Assembly (NCBI GenBank): GCA_951406725.2
Contig: OX597827.1
Location: 58,218,001 to 58,282,000, forward strand
Length of the DNA: 64,000 nt
Direction of reading: 5' to 3'
Source: Octopus vulgaris
Taxonomy: Eukaryota
Below are positions 50,952 through 64,000 of this stretch, one piece after another; positions within the stretch are counted from its first letter, which is position 1, and each line of letters opens with the position of its first letter. The notes beneath the pieces are model-generated. The model saw nothing but the letters and a program-made list of their open reading frames with translations. It did not search any database and was not told the DNA's origin. Position numbers and translations under genes: made by a program.

Positions 50952-51138
50952 CAGTGCTCCGCAACCTTTTACACCTGCGGTACACTTATTTTATTGTCAA
51001 AATTCGGCGGCACACCTGAACTAAAAATATAACTAAAGATATTGGGGGGATTTTTATATATTCATGTTATACTGCGACAAACCTAGCATCGTATCGTGGC
51101 AAATCAGTGTGCCGCGCCATACCGGTTTTGGAGCACTG
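50952..51138. mobile_element. hAT MITE with 8-bp TSD, inserted into an antisense SINE head
   Basis: TIRs cagtgctcc / ggagcactg; TSD ctctaaac at 50944-50951 and 51139-51146. Confidence 0.9.
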
Positions 51139-51733
51139 CTCTAAACCTCTAGACCGTGCGCCAACACTGTCTGTGTGTGTGTATGTGTGTAAAGGTCACA
51201 CATAGTAAGTGAATGCTTGTTGGTTGTTTCCACGTTGTATATTCCAGTTATTTGATCAACTAAATAATCTATTACCATGTAAGTGGGAGCTGTACCTTTT
51301 AACGTTAATGTTTGACAATCAAATTTGACAAGGCTGACACTTGGTCTTAGAGGTACAGACCATTCCAAAATTTTGCTCGCCATCTTTCGATCAATTCAAA
51401 ATTATGCTACACAGTGGGAAACGAACCTAAAGACCTCACGACTTCAGAGTTAACTGCTTAAACCATTCAGCTATGTTAGCACACAATCAGAATATAAATC
51501 CACTCAGGGCATTGTGTGTAAAATATTCTGATCTTTTGTTCGTATTCCTATTTACATAGCTATAAATATTCTCTAAGTTCCTAACTTCACACGCTATTGT
51601 TCTCTTTTATGTCATAGCGTCCCATTGAAAAACCAACCACATGGGTATTCAATGATTTCATACATGTATTTTGTTCATATTTTATTGTATTTTTTTTTTA
51701 CTGATGGCAGTATATAGAGGGTAATTACAGTAC

Positions 51734-51764
<31 letters not shown>

Positions 51765-52219
51765 ATACATATATTTGAATATATGCATGTATATATGTAT
51801 CTGTGTGTATATGAATGCATGTGTGTGTGTGTGTATGTATGTATATATATGTATGTGTATATGTATATACATGTAAGTGTATATATAAATATGTATAGAT
51901 GTATATGTACGTGTTTGTGTGTGTGTGTATATGTATATGTGTCATCATCATTACTGTTTAATGTCCGTTTTCCATGCAGGCATGGGTTGGACAGTTGACT
52001 AAGGACTAGCAAGCTGGGAGGCAGCACCAGGCTCCAATCTGATCTGGCAAGGTTTTTACCGGTACATGCCCTTCCTAATGCCTATCACTCTGAGAGTGTA
52101 GTGGGTGCTTTTTGTGTGCCACTGGCACGAGAGCCAGTCACGCAGTACTGGCATTGACCACAATCAAATGGTGCTTTTTATGTGCTGTCGGTGCAGGAAC
52201 CAGTCAGGTGTCACTGGCA

Positions 52220-52229
52220 TATATATATG

Positions 52230-52270
<41 letters not shown>

Positions 52271-52565
52271 GTGTGTATGTATATATATATATATGTATGT
52301 ATGTAGATATATACATATATGTATATATATGTGTGTGTGTGTATGTATATATATATATATATGTATGTAGATATATATACATATATGTATATATATGTAT
52401 GTAGATATATATACATATATGTATATATATGTATGTAGATATATATACATATATGTATATATATGTATGTAGATATATATACATATATGTATATATATGT
52501 ATGTAGATATATATAACATATATGTATATATGTGTACATATTTATATGCGTGTGTATGTATGTAT
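52220..52565. repeat. Microsatellite with 34-bp higher-order repeat
   Basis: atgtatgtagatatatatacatatatgtatatat starting at 52361, 52395, 52429, 52463 and 52497. Confidence 0.9.
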
Positions 52566-52849
52566 AAAAGATTAATGAGTGCATTCGTTACATAAATAAT
52601 ATTTTCAGGTTAAATAAAAAGACAACGAATAAAAAATATGACATACCTATGTATATAAATACTTAATACACAGGTGAACAGAAAGCACAGAAGGTCACCA
52701 ATTCTTCATCAGTTACTGGCCAGAGGGTCAAATGCAATTTCAGCCATTATCGATAATATATACATATATAGATATATGTGTGTGTATGTGTATACATACA
52801 CTCCTGCTAGCATGGGAGGCAGATGTTAAGCAATAATGATGTGTATGTT

Positions 52850-52912
<63 letters not shown>

Positions 52913-53362
52913 ATAAACATGCATATACATAAGTATATATATTTGTATAACCAGATGGAAACAAACATGGAGGCCGTTGGACCAGAACGAGAGGAAAATG
53001 GTGAACACTGGGAGAAATATTTTCTTTGTAAAGATAAAAGAAGAGAGAGATAGAAGACATCCAGTCCTTAGAATGTCATGCAGGAAAAGAAAGATGGACG
53101 ATGGTCATGTGTGAGCAACGAGAGAGAGAGACAGATAGAAAAGGGTGATGGGTAGAAAAAGGGAATTAGAAAAGGATGGGGGAGAAATCAGTATAGATAA
53201 ACTTACTTGGAAATGGGCGCATGGTGTTCAATTAAAATATGTATATGTATATAGATATGTGCGTGTATATATACATGTGTATATGTATATATAAATATGT
53301 GTATGTATGTGTATTTATATATACATATGTGTATGTATATATACATATATGTGTATGTATAT

Positions 53363-53737
53363 GTGGAGGCACAATGGCCCATAGGTTAGGGCAGTGGACT
53401 TGTCGTAGGATCGCGGTTTCAACTCCCAAACTAGGCGTTGTGTTTATTGAATGAATATACCTAAAGCTCCACAAGGCTCTGGCAGGGTGAGGTGGCAAGC
53501 CCTCCTGTACTCTTTCACCACAACATTTCTCTCATACTTTCTTCCTGTTTCTGTTGTACCTGTATTTCAAAGGGCCATCCTTGTTACACTCAGTGTTACA
53601 CTGAATCTCTCCAAGAACTACGTTAAGGGTACACGTGTCTGTAGTGTGCTCAGCCACTTGCATGTTAATTTCATGACCAGGCTGTTCCATTGATTGGATC
53701 AACTGGAACCCTTGTCATCATAGCCGATGGAATGCCA
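53363..53737 (+). mobile_element. SINE-C, full length
   Basis: Colinear with 63008-63385. Confidence 0.88.
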
Positions 53738-54694
53738 CGTTGGTGTGTATATATATAGATAATGTTAGTTTTTATGTCAAGTTATAATCAAAATGTTTTT
53801 ACATCAAACTCCATCCTTTTTGTAGAATACATATTTATTCTTTAACAAGAATAATGTTGGCAATGTCTTCGATGTTGCAGCTTACTTAGACATCATTGGA
53901 CCATCCGATGAAGACTGATACTTTGAAGTGACTATCAACATCATTTTTGTTTAATAATAATATGTTTCTGTGTGTGGTATGTGGTTGGCCTTTTTCAGGT
54001 CTTCTTATGTGATAAATTGTCATTCTTGTTTATCTGGTGTTTGGTTCCATTCCTTTATGCTTGAAGTTTGAATCCACATTGTGAACAGCTGTACTTCCAG
54101 GGATCTGTTTAACCAACATGTCTTCCCTATCCCTAAATTTGTTACCTGGCAGTAACATTGCTTTTACATTCTGTTTTGTCTTTAGTTCGGTTTTTGTCTG
54201 GGTTAATTTCATCTTCCATTTTTCTGGGAGTAAACAGGTACTAGTTAAAGAATGGAGGTTGATTTAAACCAAACTATATTTTTTTGAAATTTCTGACTTT
54301 AGAAATAATTATTATTATCATCATCATTAGCAAAGTAGTTTTCCATTTGTGTTTTACTAAGTTCATTTAACTGAGATTTCACCTCAAAAGCTATGCATAA
54401 TCTGAGTAAAGAGAGATTTAATCTTGACATGCAAGCTGAAACAGATTAATAGTAGTTAATCTCTTTAAAATAGTAATTTAGTTCACATGATTGGCAGAAG
54501 ACCTGTTATCAATTCATTACATCTGTCAAATATAAAATGCTGAAGTTTATTTCTCTCTCCCCTCCTTTTTGTCTTTCTTATCTTTGTCAGTTATAACTAA
54601 GATGACTTAGTCCTTGGTACTTATATGACTCATTGAAGTGTTGTCAGGATAGCCAACCACCACCATCAGTCAAGAATGTGGCTGGTGAAACATC

Positions 54695-54965
54695 CAATTC
54701 AATTCAATTCAGTTTTTATTGGCTCAAAAAGTAAAAGCAAGGCTATGTAGGGGGACAGGGAGGGTGGTCATACAAAGAGTTCAGGCCATTTCTGGTCAAG
54801 AGAGACTTTGAACCGAGCGGTTGTCGGCAGCTTATTCCACGGAACCGCAACCCAGACAGAGAAAGCCCCTCTCCTTCGATTGAGATGAAATCGTCGTAGA
54901 TAGAGCTTTTCGGAGTGCCCGCAGCCCACGCTCTGGAGCAGGAGTGAAGAACAGCTCTTTCCATT
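54695..54965 (-). mobile_element. CR1-clade LINE 3' end
   Basis: Minus translation GHSEKLYLRRFHLNRRRGAFSVWVAVPWNKLP..RFKVSLDQKWPELFV* matches the CR1 ORF2 C-terminus (RGH..KL...FS.RVV..WN.LP...FK..LD); AATAAA and a (gaatt)n tail. Confidence 0.88.
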
Positions 54966-57294
54966 TAGGATTCTTTAGAGGACAAATGGTAGGGTGGAGA
55001 AAATTGGTATCATTGTAGGTAAGATTCTATGTATTGACTGGGTCTGTCTATCCCAGACGACTTTCAACTCAGGAGCCACATTATGCATGCACTCTTTCAA
55101 TATCCAACTGGGCATTGACCTTCAGAAGTTATGTTGAATAGATTGTGGCATGCAGATCTGATCCAGTTATTGACTGAGTCAGTGAAAATTTCCCTACAAC
55201 AGTCTTTGACTGGGAAGAGCAGTTAGTTTTTCTCTGTCTCATGCAGTTGTTCTCAAACATTTCTTTTCTTTCTTTCTTTCTTTCTTTCTTTCTTTTTGCT
55301 GCATTTTCCAGTTTTAGCCCTATTTCATGTCTGACAGGTTCATGTGCACAATTGTACTAAATGTTTATAATAGGACTTCCTGTTATAAACTTAGTGACAT
55401 GGATTAAGTTGTTTTATTGGCACTAGATTCTAGATGTCTAGTTTATTCTAAGAAGTTTGCTTCCCAACCACATGATCAGTCCCATTGTGCAGCACCTATG
55501 GCAAATGTCCTTTATTATAGCCTTGGATTGACCAAAACCTTTGTTAGTGGATTTGGTAGAGGGAACCTGAAAGAAGGCTGTCATGTACGTGTATGTATAT
55601 GTGTGTCTTTATGTTGTGTTTGTTCCTCACTACCACTTGACAACCAGTGTTAGTTTGTTTACATTCCCATAACTTAGCAGTTCAGTAAAAGTAACTCATA
55701 GAATAAGTATTGGGATGGAACTCTTTGACTAGATCTTTCAAGGCATTGCTTCAGCATGACCTCAGTCCCATTACTGAAGCAAGTAAGCTATAAAAGATGA
55801 CAGCCCCTTAGTAGTAAAAATCTGGCTTCAAGTTTGCTGCAATAACATGGAAAAATACCTGGCCCAATTCAGCATGATAAAGAATGAATCTTGATTAATA
55901 TAACCTCAACTGAGCTGAACTGACCTTATAGTGGTAAGCTATAACATTCATATTAAGTGCAAATCTGATTTTAAATATGGCTTATCCACATATCTGTATG
56001 TATAGTATTTCATTTTCCTTCTAGTTCTTTATATTCCTCTGGAACTTATAACATAGACTCAGTGGTTTGTGCCTTAGGGTTTTTCTTTCCTACTTTAAGA
56101 CCTGCATTTCATGAAAATGTTATGATTCACCTCAAGCTATGAGACTAAGGTTCTCTTCGCTCACTCACCATTCATATTTCTTCAGCCATATGCACTTTTT
56201 ATTCCTAAGTAACGGGGTTTATGTAATTGAGTGTATCTTGACCGTCACCCAAAATTTTGGTTTTGTGGTTATGTTAGAAATCTTTGGAAGCAGTGGTGTA
56301 TTAAATACCTTGCTGTATTTAGTTCTGATCTCTTTATGAGTTCATAAACCTTTGATTTAACCAAATATATATTATTGGTATGAATTTTTTTTATTCATCT
56401 TAAATTCTACATTTCTCCTTGTGACTAGTTAACCTAGTGAGCCCACAAAAGGAATCGCCGTCATTGCTTGACCTGATAGAAATAGCAGCCTAATCGTCTT
56501 TAAATTACTCTCATAAAATGGAAAGACATGGGTGGTTTCCTAATTGGAAAGTCTTCCCTCATGTATCTGTTTAAGCAAGGCTGGAATAGGCTTAACAACA
56601 ATTAGATAACTAAAAGCAAATTGTAGCAAAATTAGCATCCTATTCAGAGTGGAAATTAGTTTTACCCTCCTTTAACATCACTCTTGTGACAGACAGAACT
56701 AACGAACCAATATTCTAATTGTATTCATTTTGTCTCACTTTTCCTTCTCTTTATTCACACTTCTTTACCTTCTTATTTAACTAAAGGTCAGTACTGGTTA
56801 AGCAGTTTAATGATCGAAGGCGTTCCAGACGTTAACGATCTTGTCTTTTTTATCAGACTATATTGTCCAATGTATCTGTCTTCTTTTTAAAGACTAGATG
56901 TGATTTAGAGGAAATTTGGCTGCTAATTTTAGTGGGTCAGGTAACCACATAGAAGCTCCCTTTCAGTGAATCATGTTTTGACTGTTTACTAAGTCTGTAA
57001 ATTGTTGACACATTAAATGTATATATATGCATGTTTATACTTTGGTTCAAAAGAATAGATATTTATTTAATGAAGCCTAAACATTCCATATAAGAATGAA
57101 GATTGGACTATGCACTTGATATACTACTGTATGATTGCTATAAAAATATTTTCTATTGACTGGGTGGGTATGAGGCCAATTTTATGTGTCTGTATATGTA
57201 TATAATTTTCTGTATACATGTATATAATTTTATGTGTGTATGTATAGTATGAAAAGAGCTGGTACTGTGTATTTTATGAATGCCAGTAGAAAGC

Positions 57295-57484
57295 TTAACC
57301 CATTAGCATTCAGTTTTCTCTGTCAAATGTGGTACTTATTTGCTCGCATTGTTTGAGCTTTGAGATTTCAATGATGTGGTTGTTTCCTTCTAGAATGACA
57401 TTGTAGGATAGGTCTAAGATCTGGCCATTTTGAAGAGTAAAATAGGGAGATTGTTTTGGCCGGTTTAAATACTGAAGGGTTAAA
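57295..57484. mobile_element. piggyBac-type MITE family P1
   Basis: ttaacccattagcattcag...ctgaagggttaa. Confidence 0.75.
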
Positions 57485-58173
57485 GGCAAAATTGAACCAT
57501 GGTGTTATTTTTTTTACTTCAGGAGTATGAGAAATTATGAAGCCACATACTTCAAGAAAGGAACTTTAAATACTGTAAAAGCATTTAAATCTAGCATTAC
57601 TTGGCTATTTCTTCCTGCCCATACTAATTGTATTAACGACAATGCTTTACTTGGTTATCACTAAGTAGTTCTTCGACCTGTTAGAAATATCAGTCTCCTC
57701 TCTGATCACACCTGTATATTTAAAAAGAAAAAAGGGGCGGATAATGTGTGTTCATTTTACATCTGTGTTTCTATGATTGCATAGGTTAGAGGGATATTTA
57801 TTTGAAGTAGTATTTTATGACTAGATGCTCTTCATGTTTGATGCCAACCCTTTTTTCTAATTATTATTCTGCTAAACTACACTCATGAAGTTAATATTCA
57901 CTGGGAATATAGGCATGATGACACTGTTTTTCAGTCAAGCAAAGAACTGACAACTCCCCACACACACACATTTGTTTGTATGTGTGTTCATATATATATA
58001 TATAAATAGGTGTAGACTTGGCTGTGTGGTAAAAAGTTTGCATCTCAACAACGTTTCCAGCTTCACTCCTACTGCATGACACCTTGAACAAGTGTCTTTT
58101 ACAGCTTTGGGCTAACCAAGCCTTGTGAGTAAATTTGGTGGATAGAAACTGAAAGAAGCTGTGTGTATGTATG

Positions 58174-58235
<62 letters not shown>

Positions 58236-59503
58236 TATATGTGTGTGTGTCTGTATGAGCTAGAGGTTAAGCAATTAAGGGATAATAAATATCCAGTATA
58301 CTACTGGTTGTATACCTACATATTTATATCCAAGTGCTTACTATTGCAGGGCAGTATTGCAATTGAATACTAAGTATGAGTGGGGTAAAACATGGTGTGT
58401 GTGTGTGTATCATCAACATCGTTTAACATCCGTTTTCCATGCTAGCATAAACAGATATCCCCATTCACAAGGCATTTGTTATCATGGGGCTCTAATAGAA
58501 GTTACTTGCGCAACATACTGTGTAGTCAAACTGAACTTGAGACCACTTGGCTTCAAGGCAAACTTCTTAACCATACAGCTAAACCTGTGCCTATTTCACA
58601 TCTCAATAAAAAAGGCCAAGATGATCATGACTTGTATTTGATCCTAGGCCTGTTCTTTAAGGATTCCCTTGGAAGCCAAACAACAGCAATCTTGTTCTTA
58701 TATGACATGTTACAATACAATAGACTTGACTACTGTAAATTACTTGGAAAGTACTATTTTTGTTAATTATTGTTTAGCCACAACCTCAATTTTTTTTTCT
58801 CTCTACCCATGGGACAGAGTGTACATTAGGCTGTGTTTCCAATGCATCCTTGTTTTCAAGGCTGTTCAGTGTAGTTTTAGGGAGATTTGGGTCAAGTGAG
58901 AGGCTCACTCGGCTTGCTCCTTTGTTAACTTTTCTTAAAATTAGTGGATTGTGACTTGTATAAAGCAGTAACAACCATTTAGAGACTCACAGTTTTCACT
59001 TGATTTTATTTATTATGTTCAATATAAAAGATTTTTTTTCTTTTTCTTTAGTTGTCTCCTGAATAGGCTAATTACATACACATGCATGCTTGCATTCATG
59101 CATGCACGCACACACAAACGCATACACATTTTCACTTCCTATTTCCTTACTTCTTGAACAAGTAAAGGCAATAGACAGTGTTGTATATTTTAAGCTTATC
59201 AGACTTGAGATATGGAGACTAGCAAGAGGAGAAGAGGGAGGTTAGAACACAAACAACTGACATGTACACATGTACTGTTTTTAGTATCATTGAATGAAGG
59301 TTGTAAGAATAACTGAATCCATAGAGCAGCAGATTCGTGTTTAGTCTCTTAGTATTTTAGCTTTGTCTTTTATGTTCTGGGTTCAAATCCTATTGAATTC
59401 AACTTTGGTTTCATCTTGTGAGCTTTTCCACTGTGAGAAGTTATTTGACAGTAAAGTGGAGCAGAAATAGTAAAACATTTAAATAAATTGCTTTGGAAGT
59501 TTA

Positions 59504-59768
59504 TGTGGAGGCATGTGGCATAGTGGTTAGGGTGTCAGCATCATGATTGTAAGATAGTGGTTTCAATTCCTGGACCGGGTGATGCATTGTGTTCTTGAGC
59601 AAAATACTTCATTTCACGTTGCTCCAGTCCACTCAGCTGGCAAAAATGAGTAACGTTGTGATGGACTGGTGTCCCGTCCAGCTGGGGAACACATACACCA
59701 TTGAAACTGGGAAACTGGGCCCATGAGCCTGGCTAGGCTTTAAAAAAAGGGTGCATTTATTTTTCTTG
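59504..59768 (+). mobile_element. SINE-C-like element (variant tail) with 10-bp TSD
   Basis: A box tggcatagtgg, B-box-like gtttcaattcc; TSD tggaagttta at 59494-59503 and 59769-59778. Confidence 0.85.
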
Positions 59769-60130
59769 TGGAAGTTTAGTTACAGCTCTAAGTTATAAGA
59801 TCAAATCCTACTAGGTCACAGTGACTGTAAATCTTTTGTGCCTCCAATGCCCTGTTATCAACTAGAGTGCCATGTTTGCAAAACATATGAAGGAAGTCTT
59901 TTTACAAACATACCTCCTTTGTATGTTTTCCAAAGGTTAAAAAAAAGTTAATTTTATACTGTTTATTCATATGTTTTTCTTATCCCATTCAACACATGTC
60001 TCTTTTTAGATATCTTCATAGATTGGTGTCCCTTTGGTAAATTTGTATGGAAATTTCCAAGGAAGGCAGGGATTAGTGTAATCCTTTCTACTATAGGCAC
60101 AAGATTTGAAATTTTGGGGGAGAGTTTTAT

Positions 60131-60498
60131 AGGCTGTGTGGTAAGAAGCTTGCTTCTCAACTACATAGTTCTAGGTTCAGTCCCACTGTGTGACACCTTG
60201 AGCAAGTGTCTTCTATAGCCTCAGGCCAACCAAAGCCTTGTGAGTAGATTTGGGAAACCGAAACTGAAAGAAGCCTGCCTTATATATGTGTATGTGTGTC
60301 TTTGTATCTATATTTGGGTCCCTCCCACCACTGCTTCACAACCGGTGCTAGTATGTTTACATCCCTGTAGCTTGACAGTTTGGCAAAAGAGACTGAGAGA
60401 ATGAGTACCAGGTTTTGAAAAATAAGTATTGGGATCAATACCTTCAACTAAAAATTCTTCATGGCCGCAGTCTAATGACTGAAGGAAAGTAAAAGATA
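60131..60498 (+). mobile_element. SINE-B nested in an antisense SINE-A
   Basis: SINE-A tail at 60080-60125 and its continuation at ~60500-60577 flank SINE-B. Confidence 0.75.
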
Positions 60499-62748
60499 AC
60501 TGGGTTAGTCAATTACACAGATCCTACTGCATAACTGGCACTTATTTCGTTGACCTCCAAAAGGATGGAAGGCAAGGTACTAGTTTTATATTGTATACTG
60601 GTTGCCAACATGCTGGTTTATTACAAACACCATATGTCTACTTAGGAAATGGTTATGAAATAATAAAGAAAACTATCGTTGTAATATGCGAACTAATTTT
60701 ATATTTTCGTTTGCATAAAAATTCTATTTATTTGTAGTCTTGGCAACAAAACAATTTAGATTCCTTAGTTTTTTGTTTATTTTGTAGTAATTTTGAGCTG
60801 ATTTAGTTTCATCATTATGTCTGCATTAAATAGTTTTGCTCATTTAATTACTTTTGCAAATGGTGTTGGGTACAGTAGGATATGACCGAATTAACAATGA
60901 GGAAGCTGCAACATGAGGCCACTCAGCTTTTAGGAATAGAAGTTAGATCTCCCTCAAAACACACCCTATCGCTTTTAAAAATAGAACAGGAAAACATTGA
61001 CTTCACCGTATTTGCTGAAGTAGTAATGAGATAGTCGATCCTTTGTTAACATTGTTGTTTAATTGTTTTATTGTAGTTATATACGGCCTTTCAGTAATGG
61101 TTTGTTATTTTGTCTGAATTTCCGAGATAAGGAATATTCATTATTATACAAAGATATATTCACACAAGCACTCTTGTCTTCATTGTAATAGTCAACATTG
61201 TTTTGGCCATTGTACTCTACCCACTGCCTTCTTCATGTGCCTGTTTGTTGTATTTAGTAATGTTCTCGAATTTGAGAACTAGATTCGTTATTAAATATGA
61301 GAATAAAGCAGTGAGCCGGCAGAATCATGAGCACTCTGTGCAAAATACTTAGCAGTATTTCATCTGTCTTTATGTTCTGAGTTCAAATTCAGTTGAGGTC
61401 AACTTTACTTTTCATTGTTTCGAGGTTGATACCAGTTGAGCACAGGGGGTCAGATGTAATTGAGTTACCTCATACCCCAAATTGCTGGCCTTGTTGCAAA
61501 ATTTGAAATCATTAAGTATGGGAATTTCCTTGTCCATACCTGGCATATTCTTATTAATTATTCTATCATGTAGCATCCCACTACTTTGTTACATTTCAGC
61601 CAGAGTGTATATTAGCTTGACTGACCCCAGAGATTAACCCATAAGCTACTAACTACACCATTATATTTTAATACTTCATACTTGTATTCACTAGTCCATT
61701 GTTTCATAGGACAATTAGGAACTTTAAACTCCCCACCTTTTTTTTTAATGTAAATCATGGATGATCTCCTTCATCTCATTTTGAGCAAGCTATTCACAAG
61801 TCCAGGAAAACTGGTTTATTATTCTCTTCCTTTTCTACTATAAGCAGTATCAAATATTTTGTTGTTGAGTTCACATCATCCCGCCATAACTGTGCTTCTT
61901 CCTGATGAGAATAGTGTATGATGGTGTCATCTACTTATCTCAGCCACATAGTTTGTTTAAGTGTTGATGTTCCTAAAACCATTTCCTCAAAGGCATTCCA
62001 TGTTTTTTTAACGGTCACTGATAAAGACAATTGTGAACTCATGGCTAAGCCTCATTACTGTTGTTATAGGTCATACCCCTATTTTTTTGTGGTTGTTTTG
62101 TGCACAGAATGTCAATTTCCCCCATCATGTTATCTACTAGGACACTGGTACTTCCTCCAACTTCAGTTTTACTCTAACCTCTGACTGAACCTCATCTAAT
62201 AAGCTTACCATCCTGTTGGAATAAATGGGATCAGCATTCAGATTACTTTGTCAAATGTAATGCTTGTTTGTTTGCGTTGTTTTGAATTGACCATGCACTA
62301 TCTCACAGCTTTGAGGTTTCAATGGTGTGATTGTTGTTTATTTTTAAAATGGCATTGTAGGGTAGGTGTGAGAGGCCAGATCTGGCTGGTCTGAAGATAA
62401 AACAGGTTGAATATTTTGGCCAGATACAGGCAGAATTCTTTACATAGGACTACCACTCAGCCACTTGGGGATTGATTATATCTACAAGGAATCTGCTTGA
62501 CAGATGACAAATAAACTGACTGCAATATCGTCTTTGTGAACTTTGCGAAGACTACACGTGTGTTATCCTATTGTAACATTCATTCCCTTGTCTTTATTCA
62601 TTCAATGTGACATAATCCTTGTTCTGTTTCTGAATGTGATGGCTCTCTTTCAGTTATCAGTTATAAAGATCATTCTTTATTTCGTTACAATGGCTACTGT
62701 CTTCATCTACTAAGCTTGCCAAATTTTAAGAGTATTCCATTCTGCCTA

Positions 62749-63007
62749 TCACCTCGTATTCATAGCTTTTAACTGCTGGTAGCATGATAATACTGCTGAT
62801 ATCACTCTAGAGTTTTTGATAGCCATTTCTCCTCTCTTGTTAACTTTGGTTTTGGAGGTTTGGCTTTCTCTAGTTCTAGTCTCACTTTCCATCTCAACTT
62901 CTTTAACCTGTATCTTAGGCATTTTCAAAACTACCTTCTCAATAGTGAAGTTAAGACCTTCACTTAGCATTGATTTCTTGGCTATAATTGACACTTATTG
63001 ATACTGA
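62749..63007 (-). mobile_element. Degenerate Penelope-like ORF remnant (region upstream of RT)
   Basis: KSMLSEGLNF resembles the E..VLSKGLNF motif upstream of the RT in Penelope-like ORFs. The sequence continues beyond the SINE inserted at 63008. Confidence 0.45.
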
Positions 63008-63385
63008 TCGTGGAGGCGCAATGGCCCAGTGGTTAGGGCAGCGGACTCGCGGTCATAGGATCGCGGTTTCGATTACCAGACTGAGCGTTTGTGAGTGTTT
63101 ATTGAGCGAAAACACCTAAAGCTCCACGAGGCTCCAGCAGGGGATGGTGGTGATCCCTGCTGTACTCTTTCACCACAACTTTCTCTCACTCTTACTTCCT
63201 GTTTCTGTTGTACTTGTATTTCAAAGGGCCGGCCTTGTCACGCTGAATATCCCTGAGAACTACGTTATGGGTACACGTGTCCGTGGAGTGCTCAGCCACT
63301 TATACGTTAATTTCACGAGCAGGCTGTTCCGTTGATTCGGCTCAACAGGAACCCTCGTCGTCGTAACCGACGGAGTGCTTCCTCC
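63008..63385 (+). mobile_element. SINE-C, full length and young, with 12-bp TSD
   Basis: tRNA-like head tggcccagtggttagg...ggtttcgattacc; TSD tattgatactga at 62996-63007 and 63386-63397. Confidence 0.92.
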
Positions 63386-64000
63386 TATTGATACTGACGA
63401 TGGCATTCATTGGTGGATGGTAATCCTTGTTGTATCTTATTCCTATGATCTTTCTCCCTTACTAGCTTCTATTGTTGGCATGCCCTGATCTAATCAGATT
63501 CCTGTTGGTGTGACTTATATAGATATTGTTAGATTCTTTTCATATCCAAGACTAATATTTGGTCAAAGAATGATCTTAGTCTGTTGAGATCACCATGTAC
63601 ATAGATTTTGTGTGTGAGCACAAAAGGTTAAAGTCATGTTCATACTATTGTTTTAACACTGTTAAACTGAAAGTAAATAAGACAATATATCACACAGGCT
63701 GAAATCGCCATCAAGAGCATTTTGTAACCTCTGAAGAAAATGGGCCTGTCTCTGTATACCAAAACAAACTAGTCCTAGTCTGCCACTCATGTTCTCTCAA
63801 ATTTACTAAATTGAATTTTCGTTATGGTTATTACATTTGCGATTACACAAGTGGAATTGTTGTGAAGGAAAAAATTTGCTTTTTATGACAATCAATATTG
63901 TGGTGTATTTATAACTATCATTAAAAAGTTCATTATGCTGAAAATAAAGCCTGTGTGAAAGAACATTACTGTAGAAATTAGGAGAGGTTATTTCTGTGAG

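Overview
AT-rich eukaryotic genomic DNA. The repeat families and the abundant (TA)n/(TG)n/(CAT)n microsatellites look like an octopus (coleoid cephalopod) genome; this is inferred from repeat recognition, not a database search. The window appears to be mostly intronic sequence of a large + strand gene. It has one convincing coding exon (27447-27531, protein not recognised), a second phase-compatible candidate (32863-32962), and a CpG-retaining, repeat-poor promoter-like block near 45.4-48.5 kb with a probable non-coding first exon ending at 47761. Most of the rest is transposon-derived: three tRNA-headed SINE families, a (CAT)n-ended repeat family, TTAA piggyBac-type MITEs, hAT and Tc1/mariner MITEs, and RTE, CR1, Penelope and mariner fragments. 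Almost all ORFs in the supplied track are spurious. The most interesting signal is a tRNA-headed SINE-like element carrying a Penelope-type minimal hammerhead ribozyme and an inverted copy of its own 5' end (2762-3035). Other hammerhead-like relics, some in inverted pairs, and a Penelope ORF remnant are scattered through the window. Also notable are a locally templated SINE-plus-flank copy, a fold-back mariner, and a perfect 20-bp hairpin.
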